The notes below the pieces were generated by a model. The model was not told the origin of the DNA, did not search any database, and saw only the letters and a list, made by a program, of their open reading frames with translations. A DNA stretch of 64,000 nucleotides from an uncultured bacterium (lineage in GTDB: Bacteria > Patescibacteriota > Minisyncoccia > UBA6257 > GWB1-50-10): the NCBI GenBank assembly GCA_963722655.1, contig CAVRNT010000001.1, forward strand, positions 98,612 through 162,611, written 5' to 3'. Each line of letters begins with the position of its first letter. Positions within the stretch are counted from its first letter, which is position 1. The translations under genes and the position numbers were made by a program. Positions 19,777-27,907 of the stretch are shown here, piece by piece.

Positions 19777-20573
19777 GAAGCCAATGATTGATATTGCGCT
19801 TGCATGGTTTGTTGAACCGTCAAATTCTCATTGAGAATATCGTTGATTTGGTTCAAACCGATAACCGCCTTAGCTGGATCGTTCGCGAGGTCGGCGATGG
19901 CCGAGAAGACAGTTATTTTCTCTTCCCAAAGGTTGATGTTAGAAAGGTGCCAGGCCGCCCAGTTGTTCGGCGCGCGCAAAGCCAAGAGGTCCACGACCTC
20001 CTGGTTTGCGATCGCGATGTACTGGTTTAGGGCTGAAGTGTCGTTGTTGTTAAAAAAGTTCGATACCATCTTGTCCATCGGCGTCTTAAAAGAGCCGAAA
20101 TCCTTTTGGGTGATCGCTCCTACGGCGGCGAGGTATTGGAGCTGGCTCGTTGTCGAAACATCGTCCGATGTCAGAATATCCTCCGGAGCGTAGGTTTTGT
20201 ATTGGAGCTTTTGGTTGATGGCTTGAGAGAGGAGTTGACTCGTCTCGTCCACGGACGGGAAGCTGATAGGGTTGGAGCCGGTCGCACTCGCGCCGGCGAA
20301 GCCGCTGTTCATCTGGAAAACGGTTTGGGCGTAGTTTTGCGTCAAAAGGTCGGTGAGATTATCCGTTACCGCTGCGGTCCCGCTCGCAGTGCCGCCGTTG
20401 TTCATCGGTCCGCGGTTCGCGCTCACGGTGTAGTCCAAGCTGCCGTCTGCACCAGCGCCAGTCTTGGCCGTGACCAAGGGTGCGTTACTTGACGAAGACG
20501 CCCCGATGATGACGAAAAATAGAGCGATTCCGCCCAAAAGAACGATCGCGGCGATGATTTTTCGTCTTTTCAT
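19773..20573 (-). CDS. Membrane-anchored/secreted hypothetical protein
   Basis: 266 aa with N-terminal TM helix (IIAAIVLLGGIALFFVIIGAS); first gene of the operon in transcription order. Confidence 0.4.
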   Translation of the reverse strand: MKRRKIIAAIVLLGGIALFFVIIGASSSSNAPLVTAKTGAGADGSLDYTVSANRGPMNNGGTASGTAAVTDNLTDLLTQNYAQTVFQMNSGFAGASATGSNPISFPSVDETSQLLSQAINQKLQYKTYAPEDILTSDDVSTTSQLQYLAAVGAITQKDFGSFKTPMDKMVSNFFNNNDTSALNQYIAIANQEVVDLLALRAPNNWAAWHLSNINLWEEKITVFSAIADLANDPAKAVIGLNQINDILNENLTVQQTMQAQYQSLAS

Positions 20574-20628
20574 ATTCGCTTTCCTATCAGTATACTACAT
20601 TAGGAGCGAATTTTTAATGTTTTGGCGC

Positions 20629-21441
20629 CTATTTTAGCCCCCGAGCCAGCTTAATTATCGTAGGTAGGTCCAAGTTCTGAGGTCGATCGGCCGGGTCGAT
20701 GCCGAAACGCTTTAATTTTTCGGTCAACCTCTCTCTTGTCTCTCGTCCCCGGTCTCTTGCCGCTAGGTTATTCAATATGGTTTTACGCGGTTGTTTGAAG
20801 AGGGCAGTGATAAATAGGTAGAAAACATCGGATTTTATCGGCGTTTTGGGCAGAGGGACAACCTCGATGATCGCCGAATCCACTTTCGGGGCCGGACGGA
20901 ACGATTTTCGGTCCACTTCGGCCAAAGTCCGCGGCCGCGCCCAAAATTGGACGCTTGCAGCGAGGAGATTCATTTCCGGTGGGCAAGCGCAGAGCCGATT
21001 CGCCACCTCCTTTTGGATCAAGAGGACGATCTTTTTCGGTTTCGGGTCCAATTCCGACAAGATCCGCAAAAGATGGCCGGTCAGGTAGTAGGGAATATTG
21101 CCGACCAGTTTGTAGTGAGTAGTGAGTAGTGAGTAACTCTTATTTTTGATCATCTCCGGCAAGACACTTAAAACGTCGCCGCCGATAATTTCGACATTTT
21201 TATCATTCTTAAATTTATCCCTCAGTAAACTAACCAGCTGCCCATCCTTTTCAATGGCCAGTATTCTTGATTCTCTATTCTTAATTCTCAATTCCCGCGT
21301 AAGCTCCCCGTGCCCCGGGCCGATCTCGATGACGGTGTTGCCCCCTCCGAGCACCAATGCGGCCGCAATCTTTTTGAGCGCGCTTTTGTCTTTGAGGAAA
21401 TTCTGGCCGAGAGATCTTTTAGGTTTCATTTGTGTTCGCAT
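20629..21441 (-). CDS. rsmA: 16S rRNA (adenine1518-N6/adenine1519-N6)-dimethyltransferase
   Basis: 270 aa with LGQNFL, SAM-binding VIEIGPGHGELT and NIPYY motifs. An in-frame heptamer-repeat insert lies at 21118-21147. Confidence 0.85.
   Translation of the reverse strand: MRTQMKPKRSLGQNFLKDKSALKKIAAALVLGGGNTVIEIGPGHGELTRELRIKNRESRILAIEKDGQLVSLLRDKFKNDKNVEIIGGDVLSVLPEMIKNKSYSLLTTHYKLVGNIPYYLTGHLLRILSELDPKPKKIVLLIQKEVANRLCACPPEMNLLAASVQFWARPRTLAEVDRKSFRPAPKVDSAIIEVVPLPKTPIKSDVFYLFITALFKQPRKTILNNLAARDRGRETRERLTEKLKRFGIDPADRPQNLDLPTIIKLARGLK
21118..21147. repeat. 30-nt (ACTCACT)n-containing repeat, in frame inside rsmA
   Basis: Reverse complement TTACTCACTACTCACTACTCACTACAAACT is identical to 44652-44681 in folD. 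Confidence 0.8.
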
Positions 21442-21496
21442 CTGTCTGTGCTATAATCGGAGCATCAGTAAGATTCTATCCAATCTCGCGCCTCAA

Positions 21497-21820
21497 ATGA
21501 AGGGGGTTTTGAAGGTGCCCATGTTCTGGCCGCTCTTTTTAGTTACCCTTCTGGTCGGCGCCAATCTCGTTGCCGCGCAGTTCCCTTCTCGGACCGACCT
21601 GGAACACGTTCAGTCCGCGCCCGTCGCCCGGAGCGTTGACAGCTCATTCCTGGCCACCTTGCCGGTGGCAATCGCGAGCGGCGTGCCCGGGATGCCGACC
21701 TCTTCAGCGGATGCCACGGTTGTCTCGAACACCAACGATATCTTTTGGGTAAACGCCACCGCCATATTGGGCGGGAACGGCCCTTTTCACTGTCCGAAAG
21801 CGGCGAAAACCTCGAAATAA
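21497..21820 (+). CDS. Small secreted hypothetical protein
   Basis: ORF with signal-peptide-like N-terminus (MKGVLKVPMFWPLFLVTLLVGANLVAAQ); only the ORF supports it. Confidence 0.25.
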   Translation: MKGVLKVPMFWPLFLVTLLVGANLVAAQFPSRTDLEHVQSAPVARSVDSSFLATLPVAIASGVPGMPTSSADATVVSNTNDIFWVNATAILGGNGPFHCPKAAKTSK

Positions 21821-21950
21821 CTTCACTTGTTGACCCTTAACCGGTACTGGAACGCCTCGGCGAGGTGGTCCCTTTTGACGTTCGATTCTCCGGCGAGTTC
21901 CGCCGAATAGATCTTCCGTACCACCCCCCCCATTAAGCTACTTTAACACA

Positions 21951-22295
21951 CTAGCGGCGCGGGGCAGCCTTAAGCTTGCATTTGCGGCAGAGGAGCGATT
22001 CGGGGTTCGCCGCCAAAACCTCCTTTTCAATGATCGCGCCGCAGTTTTCGCAGACGCCGTAACTGCCGTCCTTGATCTTCCCCAAGGCCTTTTCGATCTG
22101 CTCGAGCCGGGCATCCTGCGATTTCTTGACGCTCAAGTAATTGCCCATCTCCTCGGATTCGTCAGACTCCTCTTCACCGTGGTCGATGTCGTCGCCGAAG
22201 TCCAACGTCTCTTTGAAGCGCGCCATATCCTTTTCGATGGCCACCTTTTCCGCGATGAGGCGCTTTTCCGCCTCCTTGAGCTCCTCCTTGTTCAT
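21951..22295 (-). CDS. DksA/TraR-family C4-type zinc-finger protein
   Basis: 114 aa with acidic coiled-coil and CxxC-x17-CxxC (CENCGAIIEKEVLAANPESLLCRKC). Confidence 0.6.
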   Translation of the reverse strand: MNKEELKEAEKRLIAEKVAIEKDMARFKETLDFGDDIDHGEEESDESEEMGNYLSVKKSQDARLEQIEKALGKIKDGSYGVCENCGAIIEKEVLAANPESLLCRKCKLKAAPRR

Positions 22296-22332
22296 AAAGA
22301 AGATTTTAGCATCCTCGCCCGCTTAAATCAAA

Positions 22333-22367
22333 AACCCGCCTCTGCGGCGGGTTTTCCTTTTTTTTCG
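22333..22367. terminator. Rho-independent terminator hairpin (AACCCGCC-tctgc-GGCGGGTT) with flanking T-run
   Basis: 8-bp GC stem followed by TTTTCCTTTTTTTT on the + strand and an A/T run on the other side. Confidence 0.5.
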
Positions 22368-22371
22368 GCTT

Positions 22372-23529
22372 TTAAAGTTTGCTCAAGACGTCCTTGAAAC
22401 CGTTGTAGGACGTGCTGATGACTAAAGTGTTGCCGGACCAGGCGTAGTTAATGGAAGCTCCGCTGCTCAAGGGGAGATAGCGGGTTGGAACGCCGGAGAC
22501 ACTGCCGCTCTTCCAGGTGCCGGGCGTGCCGGGATCGGTCGCGAAGGCGCCGACCCAGCTGGTATTACTCTCGAAAGCTTGGGTGAAAGCAGCTTGAATG
22601 TCGCTCAAATTCGCGTTTGAGGTGATGGCGGTCACGTAGCCGAGCCACTCCTTGCCGCTGCTATCCACATAGACGAAGCCGGCTGTTCCTTGATCGTCCC
22701 AGGTGTTCTGGAGAGCGGGGGCGTTCAAGCTCAAGCCGAAGACGGTATGCATCACGCTCGCGAAGCCGACCGGGTTGCCAGTTTGGTCTTGATAAGTTAC
22801 CTCAACGAGCTGCGGTGCGGTCGAGGTTTGGATGTTGAGACTTGCAAGCGTCGCTCCGGTCGTGATGGTCGTCGCGGTAAGGCTCGCGTCGGCCGGGGTC
22901 TTGAAGAGCGAGACGTGAGGCTGGACGGCCGGGGGGGTCGTGGATGCGGTCGAGGTCGGTGCCGGAACTATTTCGGTGGAGGTCGGCGTGACCGGTGGGG
23001 GCGTCGGATTTTCCGCGACGGGCGCCGGCTGAAGCGTCGGCGTCGCGAAGAACATCGGATAGATGACGAAGTAGCCGAGGACCGCGAGGCCCACGATGAT
23101 GATGACGGTGATTATCCCGACGAAGACCCCCCTGCCACCCCTTTTCTTCGGAGGAATCGGCGAGGGAGAGCTGGTGCCGCTGCCGGGTGCTCCCACGACG
23201 GGCGGCGTCGGCGGGTTGAAATCCATTTTCGGGAGATCGAAGCTCGGAGCGCCGCCGCCCATGTCCTTGGTCGCCATACCCGCCGGAGGCGGAGGCGGGA
23301 TCAGTGCGCCTGAGGGGACGTAAGGTTTCGGCGTCTCACCGGTCTTCACCGCATTCAGATCGGAGCCCATCGTGCGGACGCCGAAGCTGGGCGTTCCGCC
23401 CTGGTTCGGGACGATCGGCGACTCCCCTTCGCCGGTACCGATATTGAAGTTATCGTTTGGCATTGGTCTCATTATAACAAACCCGCCGGTCGGGCGGGTT
23501 GTGGACAGTCCCTCACCCTCGATTTTCAA
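22372..23529 (-). CDS. Membrane-anchored protein with Pro-rich disordered N-terminus
   Basis: 385 aa with a Pro/Gly-rich N-terminal 140 aa, a central TM (VFVGIITVIIIVGLAVLGYFVIYPMFF) and a C-terminal globular region. Confidence 0.4.
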   Translation of the reverse strand: MKIEGEGLSTTRPTGGFVIMRPMPNDNFNIGTGEGESPIVPNQGGTPSFGVRTMGSDLNAVKTGETPKPYVPSGALIPPPPPAGMATKDMGGGAPSFDLPKMDFNPPTPPVVGAPGSGTSSPSPIPPKKRGGRGVFVGIITVIIIVGLAVLGYFVIYPMFFATPTLQPAPVAENPTPPPVTPTSTEIVPAPTSTASTTPPAVQPHVSLFKTPADASLTATTITTGATLASLNIQTSTAPQLVEVTYQDQTGNPVGFASVMHTVFGLSLNAPALQNTWDDQGTAGFVYVDSSGKEWLGYVTAITSNANLSDIQAAFTQAFESNTSWVGAFATDPGTPGTWKSGSVSGVPTRYLPLSSGASINYAWSGNTLVISTSYNGFKDVLSKL

Positions 23530-25583
23530 GGGTGAGGGATCTCTTTTAATTGTTTGACGGAGAGCGCCAATTTCCCCTCCTCGGCGCGGATGACCCTGGC
23601 CCGCACCACGTCGCCGATCTTCGCGACGTCGCCGATGGTCTTCACAAAGCCTTCCTTGAACTCGGAGATGTGGATCATTCCGTCCTTCCCGCCGCCGAGA
23701 TCGACGATCGCGCCGAAGTCCAGCAGTTTGATGATAGGGCCTTCGACGATCTCACCCACCTTGTATTCTTTGGTGATGCCTTGGACCGCCTTGATCGCCC
23801 GGTCGACGAGCGCCTGGTCGACGCCCGAGATGAAGACGGAGCCGTCCTCCTCAATGTCGATGCCGACCCGGTTCTCGCAGTCGGCGATGATGCCGTTGAT
23901 GACCTTGCCTCCGGGGCCGATGAGCTCCCCAATCTTCTCGGGGTTGATGTGGAGGGTCACGATCTTCGGGGCGAAGGGCGAAAGTTCGGCTCTGGGATGA
24001 GCGATGGTCCTTTCCATCGCGTCCAGGATGTGGAAGCGGGCCTTCCTCGCGGCCGCAAGGGCCTCGACGAAGATCTTTTCGTTTATGCCGCCGATCTTCA
24101 CGTCCATCTGGATGGCGTTCACACCGTCCCGCGTCCCCGCCACCTTGAAATCCATGTCACCGTAGTGGTCCTCTGGTCCTTGGATGTCGGTCAAGATCTT
24201 GTACTCACCCTTGTCGTTCGACATGAGCCCGATCGCGATGCCCGCCACATGCTTTTTGATCGGCACGCCGGCGTCCATAAGTGAAAGGGAAGAGGCGCAG
24301 GTCGAAGCCTGCGACGATGAGCCGTTCGAAGAAAGAGTCTCGGCGACGATGCGGATCGTGTAAGGGAAGTCTTCCATCTTCGGGATCATCGGGGCGATGG
24401 CCTTGGCGGCCAAGGCGCCGTGGCCGATCTCGCGCCGGCCGGGACCCCGCGAGCGGCCCGCTTCGCCGGTCGCAAACTTCGGGAAGTTATAGTGGAGCAT
24501 GAAACGCTTCTTGCCGGTCGTCTCCATGGTCTCGATAAGCTGCTCGGCGCCGGGGCTCGCCAAGGTCGTGATAGCGAGGACATGCGTCTCGCCCCGTACG
24601 AAGACGGCCGATCCGTGGGTGCGCTTGAAAAGACCTACCTCGGCCAGAAGGTCGCGGACCTCGTCCAGGGCGCGGCCGTCTGCGCGGCGGTCATGTTTTA
24701 TCGCCTCTTCATGGACGAAGTTGTCCACGTACTCTTCGAAGACAATCTCGGCGATCGGGAAAACCTCCTCCGATTCACCGCTCTGAACCAAGTGTTCAAA
24801 AAGCCGCGCCTTCAAGGCGTCGGCCGTCCTGGTCTTTAATGTCTCGGCGACCACCGGTTTCAAGAAATCCTCGATCTTTTTGTGCAGTGCCGGTTCGGCT
24901 TCGGCCCAAGCGACGTTTGCCTTCGGTTTGCCCATCTCCTTCGCAACCTTCGTTTGAAAGGTGGTCAAGGCCCTTATTTTTTCAAAGGATCGGCGGAAAA
25001 CGTCCGCGGCCTCGCTTTCCGAGACCTCCTTGCCGCCGAACTCGATCATATTCATGAACTTCTCCGTGCCGGCGAAGAAGGCCTGATACCCACCCTCTTC
25101 GACGGGCTTTTCGGAGACAATCTTCACGCCCGCGACCGGCCCGCTCCACGGAACGTCGGAGGTCACGAGAGCGGCCGAGGTGGCGAGAAGACCGATTACG
25201 TCGGGGTCGTTCTTTTCGTCGTAAGCGAGGATGGTGATCGTGACCTGGACCTCCCGGCGGAGACGCGGGTCAAAGAGCGGCCGGATGGTCCGGTCGATGA
25301 GGCGGGCCGAGAGCGTCGCCTCGTCCGAGGGGCGGCCTTCGCGCCGGACGTATCGACTGCCGATGATCTTGCCGGCGGCGTAGAAGCGCTCCTCGTAGTC
25401 CACGGTCAAGGGGAAGAAGTCGCCCGGTTTGTCCTCGTTGCTCATCACGACCGTCGCGAGGACGGCGGTCTCGCCGTAGCGCCCGAGGACAGAACCGTTC
25501 GCCTGCCCGGCGAGCTTCGAGAACTCCAATGAGACCTCCTCTCTGTCCAAGGTCGTCTTATATAATTTTCTCTGCAGATCCAT
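23526..25583 (-). CDS. pnp: Polyribonucleotide nucleotidyltransferase (PNPase)
   Basis: 685 aa with two RNase PH-like cores plus C-terminal KH and S1 domains (GEIVEGPIIKLLDFGAIVDLGGGKDGMIHISE). Confidence 0.9.
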   Translation of the reverse strand: MDLQRKLYKTTLDREEVSLEFSKLAGQANGSVLGRYGETAVLATVVMSNEDKPGDFFPLTVDYEERFYAAGKIIGSRYVRREGRPSDEATLSARLIDRTIRPLFDPRLRREVQVTITILAYDEKNDPDVIGLLATSAALVTSDVPWSGPVAGVKIVSEKPVEEGGYQAFFAGTEKFMNMIEFGGKEVSESEAADVFRRSFEKIRALTTFQTKVAKEMGKPKANVAWAEAEPALHKKIEDFLKPVVAETLKTRTADALKARLFEHLVQSGESEEVFPIAEIVFEEYVDNFVHEEAIKHDRRADGRALDEVRDLLAEVGLFKRTHGSAVFVRGETHVLAITTLASPGAEQLIETMETTGKKRFMLHYNFPKFATGEAGRSRGPGRREIGHGALAAKAIAPMIPKMEDFPYTIRIVAETLSSNGSSSQASTCASSLSLMDAGVPIKKHVAGIAIGLMSNDKGEYKILTDIQGPEDHYGDMDFKVAGTRDGVNAIQMDVKIGGINEKIFVEALAAARKARFHILDAMERTIAHPRAELSPFAPKIVTLHINPEKIGELIGPGGKVINGIIADCENRVGIDIEEDGSVFISGVDQALVDRAIKAVQGITKEYKVGEIVEGPIIKLLDFGAIVDLGGGKDGMIHISEFKEGFVKTIGDVAKIGDVVRARVIRAEEGKLALSVKQLKEIPHP

Positions 25584-25588
25584 AATTG

Positions 25589-26158
25589 TTATTTTCTATA
25601 GTTCCTATCCCTGGTCTCCTGTCTCCGGTCGCTTGTCTCTTGACCCCGGTCCTTGATCTTAAGGAGGGCCCGCGGCATCCGCTCGATCTCCGTGAACTTC
25701 GTCGCGATCTCCTTGAGCTTGCCCGAAGAGGTGTGACCGAAGCCGGCTACCTCCACGTCGCGGCCCATCCCCGTCTTCAAATACTCCACGAGCGGAATGA
25801 AATCACCGTCGCCGGTCACGAGGACCACGACGTCGAGCATCGGCGAGTAGCGAACGGCGTCTACAGCGAGACCCACGTCCCAATCCCCCTTCTTCGTGCC
25901 GTCGGGATAGACCTGGAGGTCCTTCACCCGGAGGTCGAAACCGCTTTTCTTTAAGGCCTCGAAGAAGGAATCCTCCCCGAGGGCCGTATCGCTCTTCGCG
26001 ACGTAGGCGAAGGCGCGGATGAGGGACCGGCGGCCGACGACGTTCCGGAGCAGTTCCTTGAAGTTGACCCGAGCGCGATAGAGGTTCTTCGCGGAATGGT
26101 AAACGTTCTGGACGTCCACGAAGACGCCCACCCGTTGAGAGGGATGTTCGTAAGACAT
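25589..26158 (-). CDS. NYN-domain (LabA/PIN-like) protein
   Basis: 189 aa; VGVFVDVQNVYHS...LVTGDGDFIPLVEYL matches the NYN/DUF88 pattern. Confidence 0.6.
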   Translation of the reverse strand: MSYEHPSQRVGVFVDVQNVYHSAKNLYRARVNFKELLRNVVGRRSLIRAFAYVAKSDTALGEDSFFEALKKSGFDLRVKDLQVYPDGTKKGDWDVGLAVDAVRYSPMLDVVVLVTGDGDFIPLVEYLKTGMGRDVEVAGFGHTSSGKLKEIATKFTEIERMPRALLKIKDRGQETSDRRQETRDRNYRK

Positions 26159-26421
26159 TAGTCTAATTCCAACTTCTTTGCGATGCGATCGTAGGCCTTC
26201 TCGTTCTTGTCCTTCAGGTTCTGGAGGAAACGGCGGCGCTTACCCACCATCATCAAAAGCCCCCGGCGGGAATGAAAGTCCTTCGGGTTCTTTTTGAGAT
26301 GATCGGCCAAGGCCTTGATGCGCCTCGAGAGGAGCGCGATCTGCACCGGGCTCGAGCCGGTGTCGGATTCGTGGACCTGGAAATCGCTGATCGTATTCTG
26401 TTTCTGCCTCTTCTTGAGCAT
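26158..26421 (-). CDS. rpsO: 30S ribosomal protein S15
   Basis: 87 aa (TGSSPVQIALLSRRIKALADHLKKNPKDFHSRRGLLMMVGKRRRFLQNL); canonical position upstream of pnp. Confidence 0.85.
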   Translation of the reverse strand: MLKKRQKQNTISDFQVHESDTGSSPVQIALLSRRIKALADHLKKNPKDFHSRRGLLMMVGKRRRFLQNLKDKNEKAYDRIAKKLELD

Positions 26422-26568
26422 TTTTCAGATTCTACCGCAGGATTAGCCGCTTGGCAAGCGGCCGTGGAGGTCGAACTTCCTTGGGGAGGTTCGACCCCCT
26501 AATTTTCTCGTTGGTTGTATAGCCAATATCTATTTTGCGACGCGAGTGATAAACTAAGATGATAAACT

Positions 26569-27453
26569 ATGCCCAGTGCGGAAAAACTTTTGAACGACTA
26601 TCTCGCCTATCTCGAGGTGGAAAGGAATCGTTCGCCGAAGACGCGTGAGAACTATGAGCGTTATCTCCGACTTTTCCTCAAGGAGTCGGGCGTGAAGGAT
26701 ATAACCGATCTCACCGAGACCGCCGTCCGCGACTTCCGCGTCGCCCTGGCCCGCCGGAACATCAAGAAGAACACCCAGAGCTATTACGTGATTGCCATTC
26801 GGAACTTCCTTAAGTTCCTCCTGAAGCGCGACTACGACGTCTTGGCGCCGGACAAGATCGAGTTGCCCAAGGTCTCGCGCCGGGACATCGAGGTCCTGGA
26901 CTATGCCGAGCTCGAGTGCCTCCTCGCCGCCCCCAAAGGAAACTCTTTGCGGGCTCTTCGCGACCGGGCGATTTTGGAAACCTTCTTTTCGACCGGCCTC
27001 CGTCTCGCCGAGCTCTGTTCCCTCCCCCGCTACATCGATCTGGGCCGCGGGGAGATCTCCGTGCGCGGGAAGGGCGATAAGCTGCGCATCGTTTTTCTTG
27101 CCGACTCCACCAAGAAGGCCATTAAGAACTATTTGGAAAAGCGCACCGACACCGAAGAGCCGCTCTTTGTGAGTTTGACAAAGACCGGCAAGGTCATTGG
27201 CCGCATCACGCCGAGGGCGGTCCAGAGGTTGGTCGACCATTACGGCCGGGCGGCGGGAATTCCGAAAAAGTTGCATCCGCACCAGCTCCGGCACAGTTTT
27301 GCCACCGACCTTTTGATAAACGGCGCTGACATCCGCTCCGTCCAGGCGCTCCTCGGCCACGCGAACATCGCAACCACCCAGATCTACACTCATCTAACCA
27401 ATAAAGAGCTCCGCGAAGTACACCAGGCCTTCCACGGCCGGAGGAGAAAATAA
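26569..27453 (+). CDS. Tyrosine recombinase XerC/XerD family
   Basis: 294 aa; catalytic residues in RLAEL...HQLRHSFATDLLINGADIRSVQALLGHANIATTQIYTHL. The stop is 5 nt from the tRNA-Leu 3' end. Confidence 0.8.
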   Translation: MPSAEKLLNDYLAYLEVERNRSPKTRENYERYLRLFLKESGVKDITDLTETAVRDFRVALARRNIKKNTQSYYVIAIRNFLKFLLKRDYDVLAPDKIELPKVSRRDIEVLDYAELECLLAAPKGNSLRALRDRAILETFFSTGLRLAELCSLPRYIDLGRGEISVRGKGDKLRIVFLADSTKKAIKNYLEKRTDTEEPLFVSLTKTGKVIGRITPRAVQRLVDHYGRAAGIPKKLHPHQLRHSFATDLLINGADIRSVQALLGHANIATTQIYTHLTNKELREVHQAFHGRRRK

Positions 27454-27457
27454 TCTG

Positions 27458-27539
27458 TGCCCTCGAGAGGATTTGAACCTCTAACCCTTGCGGGACAGCG
27501 TCCTAAGCGCTGCGCGTATGCCAATTCCGCCACGAGGGC
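27458..27539 (-). tRNA. tRNA-Leu (anticodon UAG), type II with long variable arm
   Basis: Hand-folded cloverleaf: acceptor GCCCTCG/CGAGGGC, anticodon loop CTTAGGA, variable arm TCCCGCAAGGGTT, T-loop TTCAAAT; CCA is not encoded. Confidence 0.8.
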
Positions 27540-27569
27540 AACACTACGATTTTATCAGGTTTTTCTGAT

Positions 27570-27598
27570 TTGACAAATCACCGGTTTTCTGCTAGTAT
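27570..27598 (+). promoter_or_regulatory. Sigma70-type promoter TTGACA-17nt-TAGTAT
   Basis: Read directly; lies upstream of the three-gene operon; shares the ATTTGACAAAT motif with three other promoters in the window. Confidence 0.4.
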
Positions 27599-27668
27599 TT
27601 AGGCAGAATTATTGTCACAATTAAGACTATCGGAATTGAAAGAAACTCGGAATAAAAGCGGAGGTTGT

Positions 27669-27887
27669 ATGTCTATACCAGAAACGCCGGCAGAAGAGGT
27701 CAAGAGAAAACTGAAACAGATCGGCAAGACGGTCGGCCGAGTTGTCAGAAATCTTGACGACGACCTCATCCACGGCATTGCTTCTCTGCATGAAAACAAG
27801 AAGGTCCAGAGTTTTACGAAAGGACTCCTCAAGACGTGGAGAGATGTCCTGAAAGAGCTTGATAACGAAAAGAAAGAAAAACCTTGA
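27669..27887 (+). CDS. Hypothetical small protein (gene 1 of 3-gene operon)
   Basis: 72 aa from the ATG after RBS GGAGG (MSIPETPAEEVKRKLKQIGKTVGRV...); low-GC codon usage; the ORF-track start at 27612 is less likely. Confidence 0.35.
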   Translation: MSIPETPAEEVKRKLKQIGKTVGRVVRNLDDDLIHGIASLHENKKVQSFTKGLLKTWRDVLKELDNEKKEKP

Positions 27888-27907
27888 AACTTGAAAGGAG
27901 GTTTATT

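Noticed and set aside
23096-23323. Gly/Pro-rich small ORFs on the + strand opposite the Pro-rich membrane protein gene.
   Set aside because: They mirror the low-complexity proline-rich coding region on the minus strand and are composition artefacts.
26569-27453. Calling the tyrosine recombinase a phage or island integrase that defines an integrated prophage.
   Set aside because: The size and motifs fit chromosomal XerC/XerD. It lies on the core-gene side (pnp, rpsO) of the tRNA rather than on the low-GC side. No phage structural or replication genes are present. It is kept only as a possibility in the islet finding.
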